DNA of 64,000 bases, taken from Sedimentisphaerales bacterium (lineage in GTDB: Bacteria > Planctomycetota > Phycisphaerae > Sedimentisphaerales > Anaerobacaceae). The notes beneath the pieces were generated by a model, which did no database searches, was not told the DNA's origin, and saw only the letters and a program-made list of their open reading frames with translations. How positions within the stretch are numbered: position 1 is the first letter of the stretch; the number at the start of each line of letters is the position of its first letter. The stretch spans positions 4,032,001 through 4,096,000 of the forward strand of contig OY970194.1 in assembly GCA_963708075.1 (NCBI GenBank). The letters run 5' to 3'. A program made the position numbers and the translations under genes. Positions 20,703 to 31,077 of the stretch are shown in pieces.

Positions 20703-21751
20703 CGGAGCCTCATCCTGCAATTATTGGCATCGGTTTAGTGGGCGGTTTTGGCTTGGGCAAGCAGGCCGCGATCGAAGCGCTTCGCGTGGGAGGCAAGCCC
20801 AACGGAACAGTGCCTGTGATGAGCCCATCGGGACAGCGTCAACTGCCCGCCTACCAGGTGGATACGTCGCCTGTTAGCCGCATCGTTGCTCCTGCGGCTT
20901 TGAGACGCATGAACCGATTTGCCAAAATCGCGGTGCTCGGCGCGTCGCTGGCACTGAAGGATGCCGGCTGGAACATCCCTCTCAAACGCGACGACGTCGG
21001 CTTGGTCATCGCCAGCGGGTACGGGGCATCGAAGAGCACCTTCGACTTCCTGGACAGCATGATCGACGGCGAGGGTCAATTCCCCTCGCCTACCCTCTTC
21101 TCCAACTCCGTTCATTCATCGGCCGCCTCACACCTGAGCATTGTATTGGAGCTGGGTGGACCGTGTCTGACAGTCAGCCAGTTCGAGATGTCGACCATCT
21201 CGGCACTGCTGACGGCGCACCAGTGGCTCCAGGATGGCTGCGTGGAAGCGGTCCTGTTCGGCGCGGTCGATGAGGTCTGCCCTGTCCTGGGGTACTGCTA
21301 CGACTGTTTCTTTGAAGCCAACGCCTGCGGGCCCATGGAGCCTTTTGCCTGGGACAGGCAGACGGCCGTCATGGGAGAAGGGGCGGCGTTCTTGCTGCTG
21401 ACGCGACGAACGGATACCGGCAACGCCTATGGTCACGTCGATGGGCTGGCATGGACCCGGAGTCAGGATGTCACAGTCCCTGAAGACAGCCTCCTGGTAC
21501 TCGGGGCTGACGGCCACACCTGCTGTGCCGCCGACTACCGTCGGTTGTCCGAGGCTGCGGCAACTCAAGCCGCCTACGCCCCGGTGTACGGAAGTCTGCC
21601 TGGGGGACAGGCTTTCGATGTAGCCATAGCGGCGGCCGTGGCCGAGCAGGACTCCAGCGGCAGTCGCATCTGTTCCGCCAAATGCGACGCAAATGGAAAT
21701 TGTGGGGTTATCGAATGCACTTTCGATCCAGGGCATCGTGGGCATGCCTGA
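20699..21751 (+). CDS. Ketosynthase-like chain-length factor
   Basis: LRRMNRF, PSPTLFSNSVH and MGEGAAF. The catalytic Cys position reads SQFEMS and there are no His motifs. GTGA coupling to the KS. Confidence 0.82.
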   Translation: MTEPHPAIIGIGLVGGFGLGKQAAIEALRVGGKPNGTVPVMSPSGQRQLPAYQVDTSPVSRIVAPAALRRMNRFAKIAVLGASLALKDAGWNIPLKRDDVGLVIASGYGASKSTFDFLDSMIDGEGQFPSPTLFSNSVHSSAASHLSIVLELGGPCLTVSQFEMSTISALLTAHQWLQDGCVEAVLFGAVDEVCPVLGYCYDCFFEANACGPMEPFAWDRQTAVMGEGAAFLLLTRRTDTGNAYGHVDGLAWTRSQDVTVPEDSLLVLGADGHTCCAADYRRLSEAAATQAAYAPVYGSLPGGQAFDVAIAAAVAEQDSSGSRICSAKCDANGNCGVIECTFDPGHRGHA

Positions 21752-22320
21752 CAGGCTTGGTCGAGGTGGTTTTGCTGTCGGGACCCGTCCACGCCAGGAC
21801 AGAGGATTCGCTGGGAGAGAACCTGCTGAACGCTCTTCGCGGCCGGGTGCCGCACGAGACGGCGTTAGGGCTGTATGCCGGCACGGCTTACGATTGGTCG
21901 GACATGAGTTTCTGTCTGGCGAGTTGGCAGGCGCTTTTCGACTATGACGAGATCTGGCCACATCCGGCGCCGGAGGGACTGGGCATCCGTGTGGAAGCCG
22001 ATGCAGGGGTCGCCGTCGGAAGCGAGTTCTCAGGCGAACGTCTGATGGCCTCGGGCAACTTCCTGGCCGTCTATGAGTTTGGCTCCCCAAGAACCTCACG
22101 GATTGTCCCCTACGTGGAAGCGGGAATCGGATTGATCTACACCGACTTTCAGCGAGAGGACCAGGGATGGCGTCTCAATTTCAACCCAGTGGCCGGATTC
22201 GGCGTTCGAATGGGATCGAAATTCATCGTGCTTCGCGCCCATCATCTATCCAACGGCGGCCTGGACGATGACAACCGGGGCATCAATTCAGTCGTTCTCG
22301 GATTCGGCATCTATCTGTAA
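21715..22320 (+). CDS. Acyloxyacyl hydrolase / lipid A 3-O-deacylase PagL-family outer-membrane barrel
   Basis: PYVEAGIG, LNFNP and HHLSNGGL..DNRGINS, with alternating beta-strand pattern at the C-terminus. Start is uncertain. Confidence 0.72.
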   Translation: MHFRSRASWACLTGLVEVVLLSGPVHARTEDSLGENLLNALRGRVPHETALGLYAGTAYDWSDMSFCLASWQALFDYDEIWPHPAPEGLGIRVEADAGVAVGSEFSGERLMASGNFLAVYEFGSPRTSRIVPYVEAGIGLIYTDFQREDQGWRLNFNPVAGFGVRMGSKFIVLRAHHLSNGGLDDDNRGINSVVLGFGIYL

Positions 22321-22398
22321 GCCGTCGGTGCCGGTTCTTCCGCTCATCGCAGTTTCGCGGGCGAGAATTCTGTACGTAACAATTATTCCAGGCGGAGA

Positions 22399-22427
22399 TT
22401 GACAAGGCTGTCCAGAGGACCTATGAT
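22399..22427 (+). promoter_or_regulatory. Near-consensus sigma70 promoter
   Basis: TTGACA-N17-TATGAT, 70 bp upstream of ATG 22498. Confidence 0.7.
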
Positions 22428-22497
22428 CCGCTCGTATTCGTAGTCCGCATTCCTGCGAGCGTAGAGGCACAATGAGTAAAGAGAAAGGAGAAAAACT

Positions 22498-23100
22498 ATG
22501 AAGAAACAAGGATTGTTGGCTCTGTTGCTTGGTTCGATCGTTGTCGCGTGCTGCTCCTGTAAGAGCAACGAGGCATCCAGCGCGCCGAGTGATAGTTCAC
22601 AGACTGTGGCTGCCAGGGCAGACACCGACGTCTACAACAAATACAACGTTCATTACATCTCCGAGAAGGGCAAGAACAAAGCCAGTTATGCGAACTGGAC
22701 CGACTGGCCTGGACATGGCATACTGTCCTACAATTCGAAAATCCGCGTCGATTCTCTCGGGAAGACGATTGATCTGGTGGATGTGAGCACAGGCAAAGTC
22801 ATTGAGATGGAGTTCCATTCCGGGCGGATGGGCATGTCCGCCAAAGAGTACGTCGACCTGATCACGTCACCAACACCCGTCAACTATGAAGGCTTGAGCG
22901 ATGTGGATCGCCAGGGGATTCAGGCCGGAAAAGCCATGGTCGGAATGAGTAAACAAGGCGTGTTAGTTGCCCTGGGCTATCCGGCCAAGCATCAAACACC
23001 ATCCATCGATCAGAACCGCTGGGTCTATTGGAAAGGCCGATTTGAAACCTATGCAGTGGAATTCGACAACGGTGGCAAGGTCGCGTCAATCAGGAAGTAA
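22498..23100 (+). CDS. Lipoprotein of unknown function (C-terminal BamE/SmpA-like motif)
   Basis: AAGGAG RBS, signal peptide with Cys, and VGMSKQGVLVALGYP...WVYW. Confidence 0.7.
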   Translation: MKKQGLLALLLGSIVVACCSCKSNEASSAPSDSSQTVAARADTDVYNKYNVHYISEKGKNKASYANWTDWPGHGILSYNSKIRVDSLGKTIDLVDVSTGKVIEMEFHSGRMGMSAKEYVDLITSPTPVNYEGLSDVDRQGIQAGKAMVGMSKQGVLVALGYPAKHQTPSIDQNRWVYWKGRFETYAVEFDNGGKVASIRK

Positions 23101-23113
23101 CTCCGGCATCCGC

Positions 23114-23848
23114 ATGCAATGGGTCTACGCGTCGCTTGTGTCTGCCGTTCTGATCGTCACGTCTCATGCAGGTGCATCGAAGGGCCCGGTCGATTCCCCA
23201 CAGTCGCCGCAACTTCTGCGGCTGCTGCGGGAATCCCGGGCCCCTTATCATACCTTTGCCACTCGATTCCATCAGCGCAAGCATCTGGACATCCTCAATG
23301 TGGACTTGGAATCCGAAGGGATGATTTTCTTTCGCCGGCCGGGCTCGGTGCGCTACGAAATTGTCTCTCCGGTGCGGTCTCTCATGATCTACGATGGGAA
23401 GAAGGTCCGCTGCTATGCATTCAGTGAGGGCAAGTGGAAGTTGCTGAACAACCCCGGCGCCACCGCCATCGGGCAGGTCCTGCGACAGATCGGCCGTTGG
23501 ATTCAGGGGGATTTCGACGCCGACCGCAAGATGTTCGAAATCGGTGTCGTGTCCTCTGAGGATGGTGGCGGCTGCATTCACCTGGTGCCTCGCAGCGAAG
23601 CCCTCATGCAGTTCATTCGACGCATCGAAATATATGTCAGGAAGACCTCGGACGACTACTGGGTGAACAGGATCATTATCCGGGAATCGGAGGCGGACAT
23701 GACAGACATGCGGTTCCGCCAGGAATTGCGCGACCAACCGATTCCTGAAGGCACTTTCTCATCCCCTGAGGCGTCCGATGCATGCCAAGCCATGTTTGTG
23801 CAAGAAAAGAGTCCCGATCCCAATGAAACCGAGAAACCGAAATCGTGA
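23114..23848 (+). CDS. LolA-like periplasmic lipid/lipoprotein carrier
   Basis: Signal peptide, FHQRKHL, SEGMIFFRRPGSVRYE...P and MIYDGKK. Confidence 0.75.
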   Translation: MQWVYASLVSAVLIVTSHAGASKGPVDSPQSPQLLRLLRESRAPYHTFATRFHQRKHLDILNVDLESEGMIFFRRPGSVRYEIVSPVRSLMIYDGKKVRCYAFSEGKWKLLNNPGATAIGQVLRQIGRWIQGDFDADRKMFEIGVVSSEDGGGCIHLVPRSEALMQFIRRIEIYVRKTSDDYWVNRIIIRESEADMTDMRFRQELRDQPIPEGTFSSPEASDACQAMFVQEKSPDPNETEKPKS

Positions 23849-24481
23849 GGAGTGACGCCTGGCTCATTCTGATGGCTCTCTTTCTCGGCGGCTCAGGCTG
23901 TGCATACCAGCAGTCATTCGGAGAGCCGATTGACGATGTGGCCCGTCGAGCGGCTCTGCTCCAGGCATATCCGCGTCCCAATGTCTCCCAGGCAGTCTTC
24001 CGCACCTTGATTCGCTGGGGCAAGCGAGAAGTCTCTCTGACCGAGGTTGTCAAGGCATCTCCCGACGGCGGCCTGTCGGTGGCGGGCATAACGGACATCG
24101 GCAGCACCCTGTACGCGGCTCAGATCGATCCAAATGGGCGAGGGCACATCATTAACAAGTCCATACCCTTCTCGAACCGGTGGCTGCTCGACGGCCTCAT
24201 CGCCGAGTTGCTCATCCCTTGGAATGGGCCGAATGAGAACCTGCCGATTGCACAGACAAGCAGACAACACTTGGGCATTCGTCTGCCAAGAGCAACGCAT
24301 CACCCGCGTGTTCATCTTCGATGGGGCTGGGAGCTGGCAGCAATTCCGCCGGGTCAAAGGCTCTCGCTTACTTAGCCGAGCCTTCCTGGAGTGGGATGGG
24401 CAACCCATTCCAAAGATCATGCGCGTGGACAACACCGCTGAACACTACCAGGTTGTCCGAGAACGAGTCTCAGTCCAGTAG
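23845..24481 (+). CDS. Lipoprotein (DUF3261-like by context), +1 frameshift at about 24238
   Basis: GSGC lipobox. ORFs 23845..24375 and 24134..24481 join by deleting one base, plausibly in GAGAACC (24235-24241). Family call rests on its position after LolA. Confidence 0.55.
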
Positions 24482-24525
24482 GCTGGATTGGCCGCTCATC
24501 CACCTCGGCGTTGCGGACACTCTGT

Positions 24526-25368
24526 CTAAGGGACCGGCTCCTCTTCTGGAAGACGCGCTGCGGCTGTTCGCCCGACGATGTGCCCGATGCCGACACCGCC
24601 AAGATAGACGGGCCAGTACGCACTTGAGAGCACGTATTCTCCCAAATTGCCGCCCACGTACGTGCCATAGGCCGGGTAGAGCAGATGGCAGGCCTGTTTC
24701 TGCTCATCCAGCGGCTTGAAGGTCTCGATGTAACTCAATGCCGTCGAGCTGGCCACCGCCTCATGGTACAAGTTGACGAAAGGAACCATGTACAGGAAGG
24801 CATAGGTTCCCTTGTACCGCTGGCGGGCAAAATCCTGTGCGTGTCCCGCCTCGTGCACAACGATGGGCTTGAGGTCGGAATAGAGGTTAATCGTGTTGGA
24901 ATAGGGATTGTAGTTGTCGCCACCGAAGAAGCGGCCCGGCAATATCGTGTACTGCAACCAGGCCAGGAAGCCAAAGGGGTATCGCCAGACGGGGTGGATG
25001 TTCCTGTTCGAAAACGTTCGACGCCACTCATCTCCCACCGCATAGGCATTGATCCGGATCTTCGTGTCACCCAGCTCGTGCTCCCTGCAAAACTGAACGA
25101 GAGCTTCAACCGTCTCATCGGATATCTGGTGACTGTCCACCTTCCCATTCCAAAGCAGAAGCTTGCTCAAGAGACTCCCCGGCCAGAACCAGTCACTCGC
25201 ATCCAGAAAGCCATTGGGTCTGCCCGCAGCCACGTCGGGCTTGTCCTTGGCACGGGGATAGACGCCCGGATAGCCCGCGGCTGACGTAGGACTGTAAGGA
25301 ACGGTTGCACAGCCGCACGTCAGCGCAAATAGCACGACAGCACAGGACCTGAACAAGAACACTCGCAT
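24526..25368 (-). CDS. Hypothetical lipoprotein with HExxH metallopeptidase-like motif
   Basis: TCGC lipobox, HEAGHAQD and a downstream LYHEA glutamate. Confidence 0.65.
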   Translation of the reverse strand: MRVFLFRSCAVVLFALTCGCATVPYSPTSAAGYPGVYPRAKDKPDVAAGRPNGFLDASDWFWPGSLLSKLLLWNGKVDSHQISDETVEALVQFCREHELGDTKIRINAYAVGDEWRRTFSNRNIHPVWRYPFGFLAWLQYTILPGRFFGGDNYNPYSNTINLYSDLKPIVVHEAGHAQDFARQRYKGTYAFLYMVPFVNLYHEAVASSTALSYIETFKPLDEQKQACHLLYPAYGTYVGGNLGEYVLSSAYWPVYLGGVGIGHIVGRTAAARLPEEEPVP

Positions 25369-25425
25369 AATCCACATTCCCACCGACAACCTCGAATTCG
25401 CCTGTTGAGAACACGGCTGTCTAAG

Positions 25426-25454
25426 AACATATCGTCATCTTGAATCCCCTGCAA
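25426..25454 (-). promoter_or_regulatory. Possible sigma70 promoter
   Basis: Minus strand TTGCAG-N17-TATGTT. Confidence 0.35.
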
Positions 25455-25527
25455 GGAACACCCACAGCGATTACATGGCGGGTGGCAGCTATAGGGCAAT
25501 CCCCTGGGGCTACAAGGGCCTCCCTAC

Positions 25528-26700
25528 GACAACCATCTGCCGACGGTCCACGGCTTCGATGAATTCTTTGGCAACCTTTACCACTTGAATGCCGAGGAAG
25601 AACCGGAGACCTACTACTACCCGAAGGATCCGGAGTTCAAAAAGAAGTATGGCCCGCGCGGGGTACTCCACTGCTGGTCTGACGGCAAGGGCGGACAGAA
25701 GATCGAGGACACCGGCCCGCTGACCAGCAAGCGCATGGAAGCCATCGACGAGGAAATCCACGCGGCGGCGATGGATTTCATGGATCGCATCGCCAAGGCA
25801 AAGAAGCCCTTCTTTATCTGGTATAACAGCACTCGCATGCATGTCTGGACGCGCCTCAAGAAGGAGTCGCAAGGCAAAACCGGCATCGGCCTTTATCCCG
25901 ATGGCATGGTGGAGCACGACGGCTTCGTCGGCGAAGTGCTCAAGAAACTCGACGACCTCGGTCTGGCCGACAACACCATCGTGGTTTACGGCACCGACAA
26001 CGGCGCCGAGACCGCGACGTGGCCGGATGGCGGCATCACCCCGTTCCATGGCGAGAAGGGGACCACCTGGGAAGGCGGCTTCCGCGTGCCCATGCTCGTT
26101 CGCTGGCCACGCGTGATCAAGCCCGGCACCATCATCAACGATATCTTCTCCCAGGAAGACTGGCTGCCGACCCTGCTGGCTGCGGCCGGGGAGCCGAACG
26201 TGGTCGAGAAGCTCAAGCAAGGCTACACGGCCAACGGCAGGACCTTCAAGGTTCACGCCGACGGCTACAACTTCCTGCCCTACTTCAAGGGCGAGGTGAA
26301 GAAAGGTCCCCGCGAGCAAATCCTCTACTTCGGCCAGGGCGGCGAGCTGAATGCTGTGCGCTGGAACGACTGGAAAGTGAACTTCGCCGGGATTGATGGA
26401 AACATCGCGACCGGCAGCCGCAAGGTCACCGGCTGGCCGCTGATCGTGAACCTCCGGGCCGATCCCTACGAAAAGATGCCGTTCGAGTCCAGTATGTATC
26501 TCCGCTGGTATGCGGACAACATCTGGCTGTTCGTGCCCGTGCAGGCCCAGGTGAAGAACTTCCTCCTCTCGATTCCAGAGTATCCGTTCCAGGAAGGCTC
26601 CAGCCTGAACGCAGCGGGGATCAACCACCAGACGCTGAAAGCGGCGGCAGCGCTCAAGCGTTTGCAGGAAATCGAATCACTCGGTTCGCCGACCAACTAA
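25528..26700 (+). pseudogene. Arylsulfatase lacking its N-terminus
   Basis: The frame begins DNHLPTVHGFDEFFGNLYHLNAEEEPE and continues GTDNG, GEKGTTWEGGFRVP and NLRADPYE. There is no signal peptide, no formylglycine CxxxR motif and no room for them upstream. Confidence 0.82.
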
Positions 26701-26744
26701 CCGTCAGGCGTGAGAAAGACGCAGGCCGCACCCGTCCCAGCCGG

Positions 26745-27126
26745 GTGGGGCCCCTATCTCAGCGAGAGGCAATGGGGAACCGTTGGCATGAAGGACAATC
26801 GTTACTACTTCGCCTATACCTTCGACCAGTATCTCTATCAATCGAAAGAGAACCCCAAGGAATGAGTTGGAAAGAAAGGAGATACCCCATCGATGCGGGC
26901 TTTTACGGCTTTCTCCGTACGCAACTGAGTGAATCCCTCGTGTGTCCTTACGCCATCCGGGCCGCATAATGGGTGATTGTGGCACGGCCTGTGGCCGGCA
27001 AGGGACGAGATATGCAGGAGGACTTATGCAAAACGCCGAGCAAGAACGACTGACAGAATCGCGTACAGAAGGAGCACCGTGGACAAAGTGGGGCCCCTAT
27101 CTCAGCGAAAGGCAATGGGGAACCGT
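26745..27126 (+). repeat. 39-bp direct repeat (26745-26783 and 27088-27126)
   Basis: GTGGGGCCCCTATCTCAGCGA(G/A)AGGCAATGGGGAACCGT with one mismatch. The second copy encodes [12 protein letters not shown] of the glucosidase. Confidence 0.92.
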
Positions 27127-29810
27127 GCGCGAGGATTACAGTCTCGACGGTGACGCCTGGAACTATCTCCCCCATGACCAGGCGCGGTCGCGCGCGTACC
27201 ACTGGGGCGAGGACGGGCTGGGGGGAATCTCGGACAATCACCAAGTGCTGTGCTTTGCCCTGGCGCTCTGGAACGGGAAGGACCCGATCCTCAAGGAGCG
27301 AATGTTCGGTCTGACCAACAGCGAGGGAAACCACGGGGAGGACGTGAAAGAATACTACTTCTATCTCGACAGCACGCCCACCCACTCGTACATGAAGTAT
27401 CTCTACAAGTATCCACAGGAGGCCTTTCCCTACGCGGACCTGGTGGCGACCAACCGCCACCGGTCCCGACAGGAGCCGGAGTATGAGCTTCTCGACACGG
27501 GGATCTTCAACGACGACCGGTACTTCGATGTTTTCGTCGAGTACGCCAAGGCGGCTCCCGAGGACATCCTGATTCGGATCACGGTCTGCAATCGCGGTCC
27601 CGAGGCGGCGGCCCTCCAGGTTTTGCCGACACTCTGGTTCCGCAATACCTGGTCCTGGCCCGGCGGCGGCCCACAACCCGTTCTCCGGTCTCTCAAAACG
27701 GCGGGCCACCGAGTCATCCATGCCCATCCCAGCGACCCTCTGTTTCAGGGGTCTATGCCGGACTACACTTTGACTTGTGAGGGCCGGCCGGTGCTGCTTT
27801 TTACTGAGAACGAGACGAATACCGAGCGCATCTTCGGCACCCCCAACCGAAGCCCTTACGTGAAGGACGGTTTCGACAGCTATGTGGTGCACGGCCAGCA
27901 CGCCGCCGTGAATCCGGAACAGACCGGGACCAAGGCGGCGGCCCTGTATCCTCTGAATATCGATGCCGGGGCGACCGCGGTGCTCAAGCTGCGTCTTTCC
28001 CCCGCACCAGCGGAGAGCAGGGAAAAACCCTTCGGGAAGTCCTTCGATGAGATCTTTGAAGCCCGGCAGCATGAAGCGGACCTGTTCTACCAATCGGTGA
28101 CCCCGCCGTCTGCCACGGAAGATGAGGCCCGGGTGATGCGTCAGGCCCTGGCCGGCATGCTCTGGAGCAAGCAATACTACTATTTCGATGCGGACCGGTG
28201 GCTCGATGAACACCAGGCCCATCCGCTCCACGGTCAGACCCGCCAGATGCGAAACCGGGATTGGTTCCACATGGTCAATGACCATATCATCTCCATGCCG
28301 GACAAATGGGAATATCCCTGGTACGCCGCCTGGGACCTGGCTTTCCACGCCATCGCTCTTTCTACGGTGGATCCCGATTTTGCCAAGGCACAACTCAATC
28401 TCATGCTGCGTGAGATCTACCTGCACCCGAGCGGCCAGATCCCGGCCTACGAGTGGAACTTCAGCGACGTCAACCCGCCCGTCCACGCCTGGGCAACCCT
28501 GTTTCTCTACCGGACCGAACAGGCTCTTCGAGGGGAAGGAGACCTCGACTTCCTCAAACGCTCCTTTGCGAAGCTCATGCTGAATTTCACCTGGTGGGTG
28601 AACCGCAAGGACCGGTTCGGCAAGAATGTCTTTGAAGGGGGCTTTCTGGGGCTGGATAACATCGGCGTCTTCGACCGTAGCGCGCCCCTGCCCACGGGTG
28701 GATACCTGGAGCAGGCCGACGGCACCGCCTGGATGGCCCTTTTCTGCCAGAATATGATGGAGTTGAGTGTCGAATTGGCCGGATACGACATCACCTACGA
28801 AGACCTCTGCTACAAGTTTCTGGAGCACTTTCTGTGGATCGCCTCGGCCATGAACCGCACGGGGCAGGGCGGCATGTGGGACGACGAAGACGGCTTCTAC
28901 TACGACATCCTGAGGCTGCCTGACGGGTCGTCGCAGCGGCTCAAAGTCCGCTCCATGGTGGGACTGCTTCCCCTGTGCGCTACGACGGTCATCGAAGAGT
29001 GGCAGAAAGAACAGGTGCCGCACGTGCTGGAGAAAGCTGCGCACGCGCGTCCAGCACATGCCGGAGCTTCTCAAAAGCATCCATGCTGTGGGGCCCGAGC
29101 ATCTCGGGGTCGCGAACCGCACGGTTCTGGCTCTGGTGAACCAGGAGAGGCTCCGCCGGATCCTCACGCGGATGTTGGATGAAAATGAATTCCTCAGCCC
29201 CTATGGCATCCGGGCCCTCTCCCGCTATCACCTGGAGCATCCGTATGTCTTCAACGTCCACGGCGAGGAATTCCGGGTGCAATATCTCCCGGCCGAATCG
29301 GATTCCGGGTTGTTCGGGGGCAACTCCAACTGGCGCGGGCCCGTCTGGATGCCCGTCAATACTCTGATCATCCGGGCCCTTCTTCAATTCTACCTCTATT
29401 ACGGGGACAGTTTCCGGATCGAGTGCCCCACCGGCTCGGGGAGGATGATGAATCTCTTCGAGGTCAGCCGAGACATCGCCCAGCGCCTGACCCGCATCTT
29501 CCTGCGGGATCCCACGGGCCGGCGGCCCGTCTATGGCGGGACCGAGAAATTCCAGACCGATCTTCACTGGATGGACCTGATCCTGTTCTACGAGTTCTTC
29601 CATGGGGACAACGGGGCCGGACTCGGCGCCAGTCACCAGACGGGTTGGACAGGCCTCGTGGCGAAGCTGATCGACCTCTTTGGCCGCATGGACCCGGTGA
29701 AAACCCTGGCGGCCGGCAAACGAGCTGCCTTTGTGAGGCCTCAAGAAGCCGCCACCGGTGAAATGAAACCGGGCTATGAACCCGCGGGCGCAACATCAGC
29801 GGCTCGATAA
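27026..29810 (+). CDS. GH63/MGH1-like glucosidase, +1 frameshift at about 29033-29035
   Basis: [45 protein letters not shown] and [11 protein letters not shown]. Deleting one A gives [14 protein letters not shown]. Confidence 0.85.
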
Positions 29811-29857
29811 GACACCTCGGCGGCCGCGCCATCCGCATCCGGGAAGGGAGGAGCTCG

Positions 29858-30970
29858 ATGGCTCAGATGCAGAACTCTCTTCGGAAGAAGAGAGAATACG
29901 CTTCTTACAAGAGCATCTGGCTTGTCATCGTGGGGCTTCTGTTGGTCGCGGGCTGCACGAGCGTCGGGCCGGGGACCATTGACCGGGACCGCTTTGATTA
30001 CACGACGGCCATGGCAGAGTCCTGGAAAAGCCAGATGCTCCTCAACATCGTGAAGCTGCGCTACAGCGACACCCCGGTCTTTCTCGATGTGCCCTCGGTC
30101 ATCAGCCAGTATGCTATTCAGGGCAGGATCAACCTGGGCGCGGGCTGGAATACCGGCGTCACCGGGGGCGACAGCCAGACGCTGGGAGTCGAGGGCTATT
30201 ACGCCGAACGCCCCACGATCACCTATACGCCTTTGAGCGGGGACAAATTCACCCGGAGCCTCCTGACCCCGATTCCTCCCGCCTCCCTGCTCTTCCTCCT
30301 CCAATCCGGCTGGCCCGTCAAACTGCTTTTCGAGTTGTGCGTCAAATCCATCAACGACATCGACAATAATTCCACGGCCCCGGGATTTGCCCGTCCTCCC
30401 GATCCTCGGTTTCAGGAACTGGTCGAACGGATGGCCCGAATCCAGGGGTCCGGGGCGGTTGGCACACGGCTCGTAAGAAAGGACAAATGGGAGGCGGCCG
30501 TGATGACCTTCCGGCGCAAAGTCAATCCGGACATCGCCCGGGACCTCGCAGCAGCCAGGGAACTGATGGGCATCGATCCGAATGCGACGGAAACCGTGGT
30601 CATCTACGGGTCCGCTCCGACGGCGACCAACGAGATCGCCATCCTGACTCGCTCGATCATGGAAATCATCATCGAGATGGCTTCCCAGATCGACGTGCCG
30701 GAGGAACACGTCGCGGAGGGCCGGACCTATGCGACCTTGCCCCAAGTCGGGTCGGGCGAGGGCCAAGTCCCGCCCTTCAGTCGCGTTCACACCGGCAAGG
30801 AGAAACCAGCGCACGCCTTTGCGGCGATCCGGAATCGTGGCCACTGGTACTGGATTGACGACTGGGACCGTCTTTCGAAAACCCACTTTACATTCCTGAT
30901 GGTGCTCTTCAGTCTGACGGAGACGGGTACGCCGCCGCAGGCGCCCCTGATCACCGTGCCGGTCAATTAG
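29858..30970 (+). CDS. Hypothetical lipoprotein
   Basis: 370 aa, GGAGG RBS, VAGC lipobox, QMLLNIVKLRY and ERPTITYTP. Confidence 0.7.
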   Translation: MAQMQNSLRKKREYASYKSIWLVIVGLLLVAGCTSVGPGTIDRDRFDYTTAMAESWKSQMLLNIVKLRYSDTPVFLDVPSVISQYAIQGRINLGAGWNTGVTGGDSQTLGVEGYYAERPTITYTPLSGDKFTRSLLTPIPPASLLFLLQSGWPVKLLFELCVKSINDIDNNSTAPGFARPPDPRFQELVERMARIQGSGAVGTRLVRKDKWEAAVMTFRRKVNPDIARDLAAARELMGIDPNATETVVIYGSAPTATNEIAILTRSIMEIIIEMASQIDVPEEHVAEGRTYATLPQVGSGEGQVPPFSRVHTGKEKPAHAFAAIRNRGHWYWIDDWDRLSKTHFTFLMVLFSLTETGTPPQAPLITVPVN

Positions 30971-31077
30971 AGGATCGCGGCAAGACTTTGGAAAGCACGA
31001 TGACCTGCAGGACCACGGCCTAGGTCCAGGGAAATCGAAGCCCGGAGAATCAGAGAAGGAAGAAAGGAGAGTGATCC

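Noticed and set aside
1..24481. Claim that the organism makes ladderanes or is an anammox bacterium
   Set aside because: Only gene-family overlap is visible. There are no anammox markers in the window, ladderane enzymology is unresolved, and the aromatic starter points to a different product.
26948..29167. 739-aa ORF on the minus strand
   Set aside because: Antisense shadow of the high-GC glucosidase gene, with no recognisable motifs.
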